From: an uncultured beta proteobacterium | GTDB lineage: Bacteria > Pseudomonadota > Gammaproteobacteria > Burkholderiales > Burkholderiaceae_B | DNA length: 57,257 bases | Reading direction: 5' to 3' | NCBI GenBank assembly: GCA_903847325.1 | Contig: CAINDJ010000477.1 | Coordinates: 1 to 57,257, forward strand | Translations under genes and position numbers: made by a program | Part shown: positions 9,896 to 20,070 of the stretch, in pieces | Layout: each line of letters opens with the position of its first letter | How positions within the stretch are numbered: position 1 is the first letter of the stretch | Notes under the pieces: generated by a model | Seen by the model: the letters and a program-made list of their open reading frames with translations, nothing else | Database searches by the model: none | What the model was told of the DNA's origin: nothing

Positions 9896-10002
9896 GGTGT
9901 GTCCTGAAAGGCGTTTATGCCCCTTTTTTTGGGGGCAATTGGGTGATATTGCTCAGACAATTATAAAATGGTGTTTTATCCACACTTTAACCTGTGTCTG
10001 CC

Positions 10003-10755
10003 ATGTATAAAATTGTTCTGATGCGTCACGGCGAAAGCCAATGGAATCTCGAAAACCGTTTTACCGGTTGGACAGATGTCGATCTGACCGAGCTGGGCCG
10101 TGATCAAGCACGCCGCGCCGGCGAATTGCTCAAAGAAAAGGGCTTTAGTTTTGATCTGGCCTACACCTCGGTACTGACCCGTGCCATCCGCACCCTCTGG
10201 ATCGCACTCGACGCCATGGACACCATGTACGTGCCTGTGCAAAACCACTGGCGTCTGAATGAACGGCATTACGGCGCGTTGCAGGGGCTCAACAAGGCCG
10301 AAACCGCAGCAGAATTCGGCGATGAGCAGGTGTTGATCTGGCGGCGTGCGTATGCGATCGCACCGAACCCGATTGCAATAGATGACCCGCGTCACCCCAA
10401 GTTCGATCCGCGCTATGCTGATCTGACGCCTGAGCAGTTGCCCGCGACGGAGTGTCTCAAAGACACGGTGGCGCGCGTGCTGCCCTACTGGAACGAGAGC
10501 ATTGCCCCGGCGATCAAGTCCGGTAAACAGATCCTTGTGGCGGCGCATGGCAATAGCCTGCGCGCCCTGATCAAGCACCTGGACAACGTTTCAGATGACG
10601 ATATCGTTCATTTGAATATTCCGACTGGGCAGCCACTGGTGTACGAGCTCGATGCAAACCTGCGTCCGATTCGTCATTATTATCTGGGCGATGCTGCCGA
10701 AATCGAGGCTGCAATGGCTGCTGTGGCTGCTCAGGGCAAAGCTAAAAAGGACTGA
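10003..10755 (+). CDS. gpmA: 2,3-bisphosphoglycerate-dependent phosphoglycerate mutase
   Basis: [43 protein letters not shown]. Confidence 0.98.
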   Translation: MYKIVLMRHGESQWNLENRFTGWTDVDLTELGRDQARRAGELLKEKGFSFDLAYTSVLTRAIRTLWIALDAMDTMYVPVQNHWRLNERHYGALQGLNKAETAAEFGDEQVLIWRRAYAIAPNPIAIDDPRHPKFDPRYADLTPEQLPATECLKDTVARVLPYWNESIAPAIKSGKQILVAAHGNSLRALIKHLDNVSDDDIVHLNIPTGQPLVYELDANLRPIRHYYLGDAAEIEAAMAAVAAQGKAKKD

Positions 10756-10760
10756 GCCTG

Positions 10761-12218
10761 ATGCGTAAGCTTGCGTCACGCTGGTGCGTGGCACTCGGTA
10801 TCTTTTTGCTCACCCCCGGGGTGTATGCAAAGGATGCTGATGTGTCCGAACGGCAGTCGCAAGCCGAGCGCGAGCAGTCCGAGTTGCGCGAGCGCATCAA
10901 AGTCTTGCAACAAGACATCGAAGTCCGGGAGTCCTCCCGCAAGGAGGCTGCCGATGCGCTGAAGGTCTCGGAAAGCGAGATTTCCGTCTCTAATCGCAAA
11001 CTACGTGAGCTCTCGGCTCAGCTCAAGTTGGCCCAGACGGAATTTGATGGTCTTCAGGTGCAGATCAAACGCCAGGAGGCCGTGATGCGCACGCGTCGCG
11101 ATGAGTTGGCGGAGCAATTGCGTAAACAATATGCCAGTGGTTTGTCCCCGTGGACGGCATTGCTCTCGGGCGACGATCCACAAAAATTAGGTCGAAATCT
11201 GGCGTATCTGGATTTTATTGCCCGAGCCCGTGCGCAGGCCGTTGAAGCGTTAAAAAATGAAATTCAACGACTCGCCGAACTGCAAGTGCGCGCTGATGCC
11301 CATCGCCAGGAGATTACCCAGCTTGTGCGTGCGGCCACCGAGCAGAAAAATACGCTGGAAACCCAGAAAAAAGAACGCGCCACGATCCTTGCCAGGATCG
11401 AAGGCCAGTTGCAGGCGCAAAGATCAGAGGCTGCCCGCCTGGAACGCGATGAAAAGCGTTTGACGCATCTCATCGATGATCTGACCGCGCAAATCGAATC
11501 CGCTCGCCTTGCAGCGCAAGCCGCCCGTCGTGCTGAGGAGCAGCGGCGCTTAGATCAAGCCAGGCGCGCTGCTGAGCTCAGGCAGCAGCAGGAGCTGGCA
11601 CGCCAGCAAGAGGCTGCCGCAGCGTCCAGAGCTGCACGCGAGGCTGCGACGGCTGCCCGTCAGGCGCAAGCAGACCAAAAAGAACAAGCGCAGGCACAGT
11701 CCAGACAAGCGGAACAAGACGCGGCACAAGCGCGCCAGGCAGCTAGCGAAGCCGCACGGCAGGCACGTGAGGCAGAGGCCTCTGACCGTAAAGCGCAAGA
11801 GTCCCATAGCGACTCTGTGGCTGCTCCTGGCTCTGGGCTCAAGCCAGGTTTGCGTTGGCCAGTGCGGGGTCAGGTAATGGCCAGATTTGGTACGGATCGA
11901 CCCGAGGGTGGCGTCTGGCGTGGCATCCTGGTGCGTGCGGATGAGGGGACGCCCGTTGCCGCTGTCGGAGCCGGTACCGTGGTGTATTCCAGCTGGCTCA
12001 GGGGATTTGGCAATCTGTTGATTGTCGATCATGGCCAAGAATATTTGAGTGTGTACGCCTATAACCAGAGCTTGCTCAAACAGGTTGGAGATAGCGTTAA
12101 GGTCGGAGAAACCATCAGTTTGGTGGGTAATACCGGTGGACAGCTTGATTCCGCCCTATACTTCGAAATACGGCATCGTGGCGCAGCGGTTGACCCCGTC
12201 TCTTTATTGGCACGCTAA
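10761..12218 (+). CDS. envC: Murein hydrolase activator EnvC (coiled coil + degenerate M23 domain)
   Basis: Signal peptide, long coiled coil, M23 domain with the zinc ligands replaced (WRGILV, VYAYNQ, LYFEIRH). gpmA-envC-ctpA synteny. Confidence 0.9.
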   Translation: MRKLASRWCVALGIFLLTPGVYAKDADVSERQSQAEREQSELRERIKVLQQDIEVRESSRKEAADALKVSESEISVSNRKLRELSAQLKLAQTEFDGLQVQIKRQEAVMRTRRDELAEQLRKQYASGLSPWTALLSGDDPQKLGRNLAYLDFIARARAQAVEALKNEIQRLAELQVRADAHRQEITQLVRAATEQKNTLETQKKERATILARIEGQLQAQRSEAARLERDEKRLTHLIDDLTAQIESARLAAQAARRAEEQRRLDQARRAAELRQQQELARQQEAAAASRAAREAATAARQAQADQKEQAQAQSRQAEQDAAQARQAASEAARQAREAEASDRKAQESHSDSVAAPGSGLKPGLRWPVRGQVMARFGTDRPEGGVWRGILVRADEGTPVAAVGAGTVVYSSWLRGFGNLLIVDHGQEYLSVYAYNQSLLKQVGDSVKVGETISLVGNTGGQLDSALYFEIRHRGAAVDPVSLLAR

Positions 12219-12269
12219 GGTCAGTTTTTGCGCGCAAGTGCTTGATTAGTATCCAACTCGGGAATGTGC

Positions 12270-13694
12270 ATGAGCAGTCTTAAATTTCGCAATCTTGGCC
12301 TGATTTCAGTAGGCGTTGTCGCTGGCATTTTGCTCAGTCTGGGCATAACGGCGATCGCGCAGCGCGGCTCTCCTCTGCCTCTTGATGAGCTCAGACAGTT
12401 CTCGAGTGTGTTTTCCGCGATTAAAAATAACTATGTGGAATCGGTCGGCGATAAAAAACTGATTGATGGCGCGATTGCCGGGATGCTTTCCGACTTGGAC
12501 CCTCACTCTGCGTATCTTGATGCGGATGCGTTTAAAGAAATGCAGACAGCCACGCAAGGTGAGTTTGGTGGACTGGGAATCGAGGTGGGGACTGAAGACG
12601 GCGTGGTCAAAGTGATCTCCCCGATCGAGGATACCCCAGCGGCGCGTGCAGGCATACGGGCAGGTGATTTGATCATTAAGATTGACAACACCTCGACCAA
12701 GGGCTTGACGCTGACCGATGCAGTCAAGATGATGCGGGGGCCGGTTAAGACTCCGATTACGCTGACGATTGCCCGTCAGGGTGTTGCGCAGCCGATCGTG
12801 ATCAAAATTGTGCGCGACACCATTCGCGTGCGCAGCGTGCGCAGCAAAATGCTGGATAACAATATCGGCTATGTGCGGATTGCGCAGTTTCAGGAAAAAA
12901 CCGGTTCTGATCTCGTACGCCATCTTAACGAGCTTGGCGCAAAGGGTGCGCCCCGCGCCTTGATTCTGGATTTGCGTAACGACCCGGGTGGCTTGCTCAA
13001 TAGCGCGATTGGCGTGTCGGGCGCGTTCCTCAAGCCAGATGTACTGGTTGTCTCGACAGATGGCCGCGCACCTGATTCAAAACACAAATACATGGCCAAT
13101 GCCGCAGATTATGCTCGTGGCGAATCTGATTATTTGTCAGGCGTACCTGCCTGGGCAAAGACTGTGCCTATGGTTGTTCTGGTCAATGTCGGATCAGCCT
13201 CCGCCTCTGAGATTGTGGCGGGCGCATTGCAGGATTACAAGCGCGCAACGGTGATGGGTAATCGCACCTTTGGTAAGGGCTCGGTACAAGTCGTCCTGCC
13301 AATTTCCGAAAATACCGCCATCAAACTCACCACTTCGCGTTATTACACGCCAAATGGCCGTTCAATCCAGGCTACGGGCATTGTTCCTGATGTTGTGGTG
13401 GCTGACACCGCCGAGGGCGATTTATTCCGCGTACCGCGCGAAGCTGATCTCCAGCGCCATTTGACCAATAGTCAGGCGCAGGCAGAGATTGCCAAAGAAG
13501 AAGCCAAAGAGGCGGAGTTGGCTGACACGAACAAGATCTTCCAGTTTGGTACCCCGGAGGACTTCCAGCTCCAGCAGGCTGTGAATTTCCTGGACGGTAA
13601 AACAGTTGAAAAAGCGGTGTTACGTCCTAAAACAGCTAGCGCTGACAATGTATCGGATAAGCCAGCTGCCGGAGGCAATGCGGTTAAAAAATGA
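12270..13694 (+). CDS. ctpA: Carboxy-terminal processing protease (S41, PDZ)
   Basis: LDPHSAYL, GEFGGLGIE, LDLRNDPGG, SASASEIVAGALQD, TFGKGSVQ. Confidence 0.95.
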   Translation: MSSLKFRNLGLISVGVVAGILLSLGITAIAQRGSPLPLDELRQFSSVFSAIKNNYVESVGDKKLIDGAIAGMLSDLDPHSAYLDADAFKEMQTATQGEFGGLGIEVGTEDGVVKVISPIEDTPAARAGIRAGDLIIKIDNTSTKGLTLTDAVKMMRGPVKTPITLTIARQGVAQPIVIKIVRDTIRVRSVRSKMLDNNIGYVRIAQFQEKTGSDLVRHLNELGAKGAPRALILDLRNDPGGLLNSAIGVSGAFLKPDVLVVSTDGRAPDSKHKYMANAADYARGESDYLSGVPAWAKTVPMVVLVNVGSASASEIVAGALQDYKRATVMGNRTFGKGSVQVVLPISENTAIKLTTSRYYTPNGRSIQATGIVPDVVVADTAEGDLFRVPREADLQRHLTNSQAQAEIAKEEAKEAELADTNKIFQFGTPEDFQLQQAVNFLDGKTVEKAVLRPKTASADNVSDKPAAGGNAVKK

Positions 13695-14458
13695 ACGATG
13701 CCCAGTTGCTGCGTTATGCCCGGCATATTCTGCTCGATGAGCTGGGCATCGAAGGCCAGGAAAAACTGCTCGCGGCTACGGTATTGATCGTGGGTGCGGG
13801 CGGGCTGGGTTCACCCGGCGCAATGTACCTGGCCTCTGCGGGCGTGGGCCACATCATTCTTGCTGATCACGACACGGTCGAGATCAGCAACCTGCAACGC
13901 CAGATCCTGCACGGAAATGACCGGCTGGGACAACTCAAGGCAGAGTCTGGCCGCCAGACACTGCTTGCGTTAAATCCTGATATTGACGTGCAAATTCGCA
14001 CTGTGCGAATGGATCCTGACTCACTGATGTCAGAAATAGCTCGGGTTGACCTGGTGCTGGACTGTACAGATAACTTTGCAACCCGCCATGCCGTCAACAG
14101 GGCGTGTGTTGCCCATAAAAAGCCGCTGGTCTCAGGCGCAGCGATTCGTTTTGAGGGACAGGTTGGGGTGTTTGATACGCGAGACCCCGAAGCGCCTTGC
14201 TATCACTGCTTGTTTCCCGAGGCGGACGACGTGGAGGCGCTGAGCTGCGCGACCACCGGCGTGTTCGCCCCGCTTGTCGGCATTATTGGCAGTATGCAAG
14301 CCGCAGAGGCGATCAAGTTGATTGCCGGGATTGGCACTAGTTTGAAAGGTAGGCTACTGATTCTGGACGCCATGGACATGCAGTGGCATAGCGTGCGCGT
14401 CAAGCGCGACCCTGGCTGCCTGGTTTGCGCGAGTGCTGTGACAAAGTCCAAGTGCTAA
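13691..14458 (+). CDS. moeB: MoeB/ThiF family adenylyltransferase
   Basis: RYARHI, GAGGLGS, SNLQRQ, DCTDNF, CYHC and CLVC zinc sites. ATGA overlap with ctpA. MoeB versus ThiF role not resolved. Confidence 0.85.
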   Translation: MNDAQLLRYARHILLDELGIEGQEKLLAATVLIVGAGGLGSPGAMYLASAGVGHIILADHDTVEISNLQRQILHGNDRLGQLKAESGRQTLLALNPDIDVQIRTVRMDPDSLMSEIARVDLVLDCTDNFATRHAVNRACVAHKKPLVSGAAIRFEGQVGVFDTRDPEAPCYHCLFPEADDVEALSCATTGVFAPLVGIIGSMQAAEAIKLIAGIGTSLKGRLLILDAMDMQWHSVRVKRDPGCLVCASAVTKSKC

Positions 14459-14478
14459 CAAGCCCGTTGCATAGCTGG

Positions 14479-15054
14479 CTAGCCGAGGATGACCTGTAAC
14501 TGTGCGTTGGCGTACTTGCCAGGCAAGGCCTGCCAACCACTTTGCGCAAAACGTAACCAGCTACCAACGACTAACTGCGTGAGCAAGGCTGCTATCGCGC
14601 TGGTTTGCGCCGTAGCTTGCATATCGCCTGTCGTGACGGCTTGACGCAAGCATTGTCTGAACGTTGCATCAATACGGTCTGTGATCTGACTTGCCCGGGT
14701 TTGTAGGCGGAGGTCTTCGTTAACGAGCGCATCGCCACAAAGAACGCGCGTCATGCCACGGTTGCGCTCAGCAAAAGACAGCATCATCAAGCTTATGTTT
14801 CTGGCTTGCTCTACCCCATTGGGTTGCGAGGCGATGATTTGGTTCGCTAGGGTAAAGATCGTGGCTTCGATGAATTCGAATAGCCCCTCGAACATCTGTG
14901 CCTTGCTGGCAAAGTGCCGATATAAGGCTGCTTCGGAAAGTTGCATCTTTGCAGCGAGTGCGGCCGTAGTGATGCGGGCGGACTGAGGTTGCTCAAGCAT
15001 TTCCGCCAAAGTTTGTAGAATCTGATGCTTGCGTTCGCCAGTTTTGCCTGACAT
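14479..15054 (-). CDS. slmA: Nucleoid occlusion factor SlmA (TetR family)
   Basis: ILQTLAEMLE...RITTAALA...SEAALYRHFASKAQMFEGL. Confidence 0.93.
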   Translation of the reverse strand: MSGKTGERKHQILQTLAEMLEQPQSARITTAALAAKMQLSEAALYRHFASKAQMFEGLFEFIEATIFTLANQIIASQPNGVEQARNISLMMLSFAERNRGMTRVLCGDALVNEDLRLQTRASQITDRIDATFRQCLRQAVTTGDMQATAQTSAIAALLTQLVVGSWLRFAQSGWQALPGKYANAQLQVILG

Positions 15055-15225
15055 GATGAGTCCTGACCTGGTAGGGATCGCTGCGTGGAGGTAATGACCG
15101 AGTCTATTTGTATCGATATGCTAAAAAAAGACCGTTTTTTCAGTTTGTCAGATAAAGTTTACAGGTAAGTGTGTGTTGCGCATGCTACAAATTCCCACCT
15201 CGATTTAAATTCCCACAAAAACCTC

Positions 15226-16419
15226 ATGCATAGTGTGCCCTTGTTCAGAATAGCGTTGCTTTTATTGCTCTGTTTCGCAGGGTTTGCGCAAGCGCAGTCA
15301 TATATGTCTATTTACGGCACGCTTGATATGGGTATTTCGCTGGGCCAGACTTCTGCTTCCTCGGCGATTAATTACAGCGGGGGATCCAATTTTGGTCTGA
15401 TCAGCGGTGGGCAGTCCGATAACCGGGTGGGCTTTCGGGGCGGTGAGGATTTGGGCGGTGGGACGTGGGTGAACTTTACCCTCGAAAATGCAATTAATCT
15501 GGGTAATGGCACGCTCGACCAAGGCGAGAGGATGTTCGGTCGTCAGGCATGGCTAGGCATTGAAAATAAATCACTCGGCTATTTGCGTTTTGGCCGTCAG
15601 CGTAATTTTTCAGACATTTATTTGAGTGAGCTCACACCATTTGGTCCGGGAGATTTTTCACAGGCATCCATGGGTGTCTCGTTTGGTTCGGCGCATGCCG
15701 AAAGACTTTCCAATACGATTAAGATCGAAACCGTCATGATGGACGGTTTTCGCGTGGGCTTAGGCTACTCGTTCTCTGCCCAAATGCCTTCTGCTTATGC
15801 GCAAGGCGGCGCGTTGCCGATGACACCCGGCGATACGGAAAATTATAATTACCAGACAAAAAACAACATGCGGGTTGTGACCACGGGCGTTCAGTATTAC
15901 AACGGCCCGTTGTATTTAACTGCAACCTACGATGCGTTTTATCCGAACGCTGAAACAGCGCAAGGAAATTTCAAGCCCGCTACCTCCACAATCCTGGGCG
16001 GTATGTATGATTTCAATCTGCTGAAAGTCTCCGCTGCGTACGGTCTGACCAAAAATGGCTGGATGAATGCTTTGCAGACGGTCGATGGCCTGGTGCAAAA
16101 CAGCTCGTTTGACAACACCAACAGCAGTATCGTTTTTGATAACCAGGTCTCGATTAACTCTTATTTGATCGGACTAACGCTGCCAACCAACGAAGCGAGT
16201 GATTTGTATGTTTCCTGGCAAATGGGTAAACCCTCTTCTGAAATGCAGCAGAATTCGGCATTGACGATTGCGGCGCAGAGCGTGTTCAGTCTGGGATATT
16301 CGTATAAGTTCACAGCCTTGACCAACATGTATATCTTCGCGGGTTACGCCAGCAACTACTCTCTGGTTGAGGGACTAACCAACTCCACCGTCGGGGTGGG
16401 TGTTAGACATCGCTTTTAA
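15226..16419 (+). CDS. Gram-negative trimeric porin (betaproteobacterial type)
   Basis: Signal peptide AQAQS, IYGTLD, RVGFRGGEDLGGG, FGRQAWLG, C-terminal GVRHRF. Start uncertain (15169 or 15226). Confidence 0.92.
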   Translation: MHSVPLFRIALLLLLCFAGFAQAQSYMSIYGTLDMGISLGQTSASSAINYSGGSNFGLISGGQSDNRVGFRGGEDLGGGTWVNFTLENAINLGNGTLDQGERMFGRQAWLGIENKSLGYLRFGRQRNFSDIYLSELTPFGPGDFSQASMGVSFGSAHAERLSNTIKIETVMMDGFRVGLGYSFSAQMPSAYAQGGALPMTPGDTENYNYQTKNNMRVVTTGVQYYNGPLYLTATYDAFYPNAETAQGNFKPATSTILGGMYDFNLLKVSAAYGLTKNGWMNALQTVDGLVQNSSFDNTNSSIVFDNQVSINSYLIGLTLPTNEASDLYVSWQMGKPSSEMQQNSALTIAAQSVFSLGYSYKFTALTNMYIFAGYASNYSLVEGLTNSTVGVGVRHRF

Positions 16420-17207
16420 AAAGCGCCGCGTACCGGATGCTTGCGCAGCAGGAGATGACCAACATTCTTCACGCGTAAATCTACAAAATCCGGCCGGCCA
16501 TTTTTACCGTGGGAAAACGGCGTGCCAGGGTGAAACACATGCACTGTTCTTAAGCCTGCGGCGCGCGCGCCGCGCAGGTTTTCAAGCGTATCCTCGACCA
16601 GGATCGCGCGTTTGGGATGAACGCCCTCATGTGCCAGGATGTGGCGCATCATCGTGACAGAGGGTTTGGGGCGAAAGCGTCCGTGCAACTTCATTTGTTC
16701 CACACCCCAGAGGCTGTCAAAGCAGCGCAAAATCCCGAGATGCTTGAGCACGGCGCGTGCATAGTGCAGCGGTGCGTTGGTCACCAGGACTTTTCGTCCG
16801 GGCAGCTGATTTAATTTGAAAGCAAGGCCTTTTTCAGCGCGTATGAGTGGACGCACATCAAAGCGATGGCTGCGGTGCAAAAAATCATGCGCGCGTATGT
16901 TGTGGTGGCGCACCATCCCAATCATCGTGGCACCGTAACGTTTCCAGTATTTTGTGCGCAGAATGTTCGCAGTGGGCTCGTCCACATCCAGGCTTTCCAT
17001 GACGGCAGCCGTCATGCTGAGATTGATCTCGGGAAAGATCTTATAAGACGCGTCGTGCAACGTGTTATCCAGATCAAACAGCCAGACCGGTGCTTGTGCC
17101 TGTTCGCTCGTTCGAGTGTTCCATTCAGTTGACCCGGGGGGCGTTGCATGCACCCGAGCACGACGCGCGCGCACAGGAGGGAAATGCGGCGTGCGCGTCG
17201 GGCTCAA
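16416..17207 (-). CDS. HAD-family pyrimidine 5'-nucleotidase
   Basis: WLFDLDNTLH motif I, VTNA, KPS, LVEDTLENL. Located next to argB. Start uncertain. Confidence 0.88.
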   Translation of the reverse strand: MSPTRTPHFPPVRARRARVHATPPGSTEWNTRTSEQAQAPVWLFDLDNTLHDASYKIFPEINLSMTAAVMESLDVDEPTANILRTKYWKRYGATMIGMVRHHNIRAHDFLHRSHRFDVRPLIRAEKGLAFKLNQLPGRKVLVTNAPLHYARAVLKHLGILRCFDSLWGVEQMKLHGRFRPKPSVTMMRHILAHEGVHPKRAILVEDTLENLRGARAAGLRTVHVFHPGTPFSHGKNGRPDFVDLRVKNVGHLLLRKHPVRGAF

Positions 17208-17214
17208 CTGTCGA

Positions 17215-18114
17215 TTATTCCGAAGTGATCATCGTGCCCACGCCGCGATCCGTGAGGATTTCAAGCAGCAGGCAATGCGGTACACGGCCATCAACGACGT
17301 GGACTGATTTCACGCCATTGCGTGCGGCATCCAGCGCCGAAGATATCTTAGGCAACATTCCACCCGAAATGGTGCCGTCGGCAAACAGGGCATCAATCGT
17401 CGTCGCGGAGAGGGCCCGCAAAAGCTGGCCGTTTTTGTCAAGCACACCAGGGGTGTTGGTCATCATGAGCAGCTTTTCGGCGCCCAGGACTTCAGCCATT
17501 TTGCCTGCAACAATATCGGCATTGATGTTGTAGGCTAAGCCGTCTTCGCCATAGCCGATCGGCGAGATAACCGGAATGAACTGATCGTCTTGCAATGCTT
17601 TGACGACGGCGGGTTCTACGCGGGCGATATCACCTACAAAACCAATGTCGAGAGGTTTTGAGGGGTCCTCTTTGTTGGGCAGCATTTTTTTGACCGCCTG
17701 AATCAGGCAGCCGTCCTTTCCGGTCAGGCCGACTGCCTTGCCACCGGCCTCGTTGATCATCATGACGATGTCTTGCTGGACTTGTCCGCCGAGTACCCAT
17801 TCAACCACTTCCATGGTTTCGGCATCTGTGACGCGCATGCCTTGAATAAAGGTACCTTGCTTGCCGATCCGGCGCAGCGCCTCGTCGATTTGCGGACCGC
17901 CGCCATGCACCACGATCGGGTTCAGCCCGATGAGTTTCAATAGCACCACATCATGCGCAAAGCTGCGCTGAAGCGCCTCTTCGGTCATGGCGTTGCCGCC
18001 GTATTTAATGACAATGGTTTTGCCGTGGAAGCTCTTGATATAAGGCAGGCTCTCAGACAATACTCGTGCAACGATGTCGGGTGACGTGGATGCGGATAGG
18101 GGCTGGCTAGTCAT
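17215..18114 (-). CDS. argB: Acetylglutamate kinase
   Basis: [42 protein letters not shown]. Confidence 0.98.
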   Translation of the reverse strand: MTSQPLSASTSPDIVARVLSESLPYIKSFHGKTIVIKYGGNAMTEEALQRSFAHDVVLLKLIGLNPIVVHGGGPQIDEALRRIGKQGTFIQGMRVTDAETMEVVEWVLGGQVQQDIVMMINEAGGKAVGLTGKDGCLIQAVKKMLPNKEDPSKPLDIGFVGDIARVEPAVVKALQDDQFIPVISPIGYGEDGLAYNINADIVAGKMAEVLGAEKLLMMTNTPGVLDKNGQLLRALSATTIDALFADGTISGGMLPKISSALDAARNGVKSVHVVDGRVPHCLLLEILTDRGVGTMITSE

Positions 18115-18204
18115 GTGCGCAGTCAATAGTCGTAAAAGTGTTGATGAAAATGGTTTAGCGCTTGCCTGGACATGCGCGCACGCAAAGAGTACGGCGTGAA
18201 AGGC

Positions 18205-18696
18205 TCAGCCTGCAAGTGCTTTTTCGAGTGTGGCCTGAAATTCGTTCTTATCGTATTCACCTACATAGCGCTTGAGGATTTTGCCTTGTTTGTCGATGAG
18301 AAACGCTGTGGGGGTGAGTTTGACGTCACCAAAGGCACGGGCTGCCTGGCCCATCGTATCGAGTGCGACGGTAAAGGGGATTTTGCGGGTTTCGACAAAA
18401 TTGACGACATAATTCGCAGGGTCGTATTGCATCGCCACAGCCACTATTTCAAAGCCTTTATCGTGGTATTTGCTGAAATTTTCAATATTTCCTGGCATTT
18501 GTGCCACGCAGGTGACGCAGCTGGTCGCCCAGAATTTAACTAGTACGACTTTGCCACGTAAATCCGATAAAGCGAGTTGCTGGCCCGTCAGCGTGGAGAA
18601 TGTGACTGCCGGTGCTTGCGTCATAGGGCGGGAGACAAACCAGTAGCCCCCCGCGCCGCAGGCCAGAATGAGGATGAGGGCAAAGAGTTTTTTCAT
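18205..18696 (-). CDS. TlpA-like thioredoxin-fold (redoxin) protein
   Basis: N-terminal anchor, LRGKVVLVKFWATSCVTC, TPTAFLIDKQG. Confidence 0.88.
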   Translation of the reverse strand: MKKLFALILILACGAGGYWFVSRPMTQAPAVTFSTLTGQQLALSDLRGKVVLVKFWATSCVTCVAQMPGNIENFSKYHDKGFEIVAVAMQYDPANYVVNFVETRKIPFTVALDTMGQAARAFGDVKLTPTAFLIDKQGKILKRYVGEYDKNEFQATLEKALAG

Positions 18697-19436
18697 TGAA
18701 TCGGCATGACTTCAACGGCACCTGAACCAGGCGCTGCCGCCGCGGGCACTGTGCCCTCGCTTATCGGAGCCGACTCACCCAAAGGCGTGCCCGTGCCTTT
18801 TGAGACGCCTGTCATGCTGTCTAGCTTATTGGCTTCGGCTGGAGAAATAATCTGGAAAAATTTCTCAACGCGTTTGACTCCACTGACTTGTGCGGTTGCG
18901 GCCGCCGCCAGATCGCCTTCGTGTTGCGTGACCATACCCATCAAATAGACCACGCTGCGATCCGTTGTGACAACAATGGTACGTGATGGAATTTCTTTGG
19001 TCGTGGCCAGCGTGGTCATGACTTTAGAGGTAATCCATGTGTCGTTGGTGATGACTGAAAAAGGCGATATCTCCTGAACGACGACGACTTGATTCGATAC
19101 GGATTTTACTTTTTCGACTTTGCGAGCGATGTCTCCTGCCTGGACTTTGATTTCCTCAATCAAGGCCTCGCCGGTCAGTAACACAACGCTCTGGTAGACC
19201 GTGGCGTTGATGCGCGCGGTGTCTCCAAATCGGGTGCGCATGTGGTTATTGACTTTCAGTTCGATCAGTTTGTCGTCGGCCTGCTGAGCGGTGGTGCGTC
19301 GATCAACCACCACCATACCGGTTGCAGCCGCAACACCCGTGATCGCGACGCCAATGCATCCCTGCAACATTGAAGTCATGGTTGCGAGCAGGACCACGAG
19401 CATCACGGGACGGATCAGTTTGATTGGGTTTGTCAT
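18693..19436 (-). CDS. Dual-BON domain lipoprotein (DolP/YraP-like)
   Basis: Lipobox LQGC, DRRT, VLLTGE, DTWITSKV, VYLMGMV. Located in the yraN-gmhA locus. Confidence 0.9.
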   Translation of the reverse strand: MTNPIKLIRPVMLVVLLATMTSMLQGCIGVAITGVAAATGMVVVDRRTTAQQADDKLIELKVNNHMRTRFGDTARINATVYQSVVLLTGEALIEEIKVQAGDIARKVEKVKSVSNQVVVVQEISPFSVITNDTWITSKVMTTLATTKEIPSRTIVVTTDRSVVYLMGMVTQHEGDLAAAATAQVSGVKRVEKFFQIISPAEANKLDSMTGVSKGTGTPLGESAPISEGTVPAAAAPGSGAVEVMPIQ

Positions 19437-20026
19437 GCGGGGTCTCCGAGTAGAAGTGCGTCAATGCCATCGCAAAGAATATGAAGCAGAAGAATATGTA
19501 CTTCCTGGATACGCATGGTGCGATCATGTGGAACGCAAAGGTGGATGTCATCTGGAAGCAGCATGTCACCCATCGTGCCGCCGCCCTTGCCGGTCAGGGC
19601 GATCACATGCATGTCGCGCTCGTGTGCGGCCTGTATCGCTAATTGGACATTGGTCGAGTTGCCGCTGGTCGAAATCGCGACCAGAATGTCTCCCGGCTGG
19701 CCAAGTGCCATGATCTGTCGTGAGAATATCTGATCAAAGCCGTAGTCGTTACCGACTGCGGTCAGAATGGATGTGTCGGTATTTAGCGCCACGCCCGCAA
19801 GCGGCAGGCGATCGCGTTCAAAACGTCCAACCAGCTCGGCAATAAAGTGCTGGGCATCGGCGGCTGATCCACCGTTACCGCAGGCCAGGATTTTGGCGTT
19901 GTTGGTGACGGTGCCAAAACAAAGATCGATTGCCCCCAGCATGGGGTCATTAAGCGTTTGCATGCTGCGTTGTGTCGCAGCGATGTTGTCTTCGAAATGG
20001 GCGGTCAGTTTTGCGGCGAGATCCAT
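19433..20026 (-). CDS. gmhA: Phosphoheptose isomerase (GmhA/DiaA SIS family)
   Basis: CGNGGSAADAQHFIAEL, ISTSGNS, RIQEVHILLLHILC with the GmhA-type His/Glu/Gln residues retained. Confidence 0.88.
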   Translation of the reverse strand: MDLAAKLTAHFEDNIAATQRSMQTLNDPMLGAIDLCFGTVTNNAKILACGNGGSAADAQHFIAELVGRFERDRLPLAGVALNTDTSILTAVGNDYGFDQIFSRQIMALGQPGDILVAISTSGNSTNVQLAIQAAHERDMHVIALTGKGGGTMGDMLLPDDIHLCVPHDRTMRIQEVHILLLHILCDGIDALLLGDPA

Positions 20027-20070
20027 AGCTATGGCGGGTTTAGTCCGATGGTTCCAATGTGATGATTATC

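Noticed and set aside
9976-9984. Perfect DnaA box TTATCCACA upstream of gpmA (another at 31339-31347 inside ilvA)
   Set aside because: These are isolated copies with no cluster or unwinding element, compatible with chance; this is not an origin.
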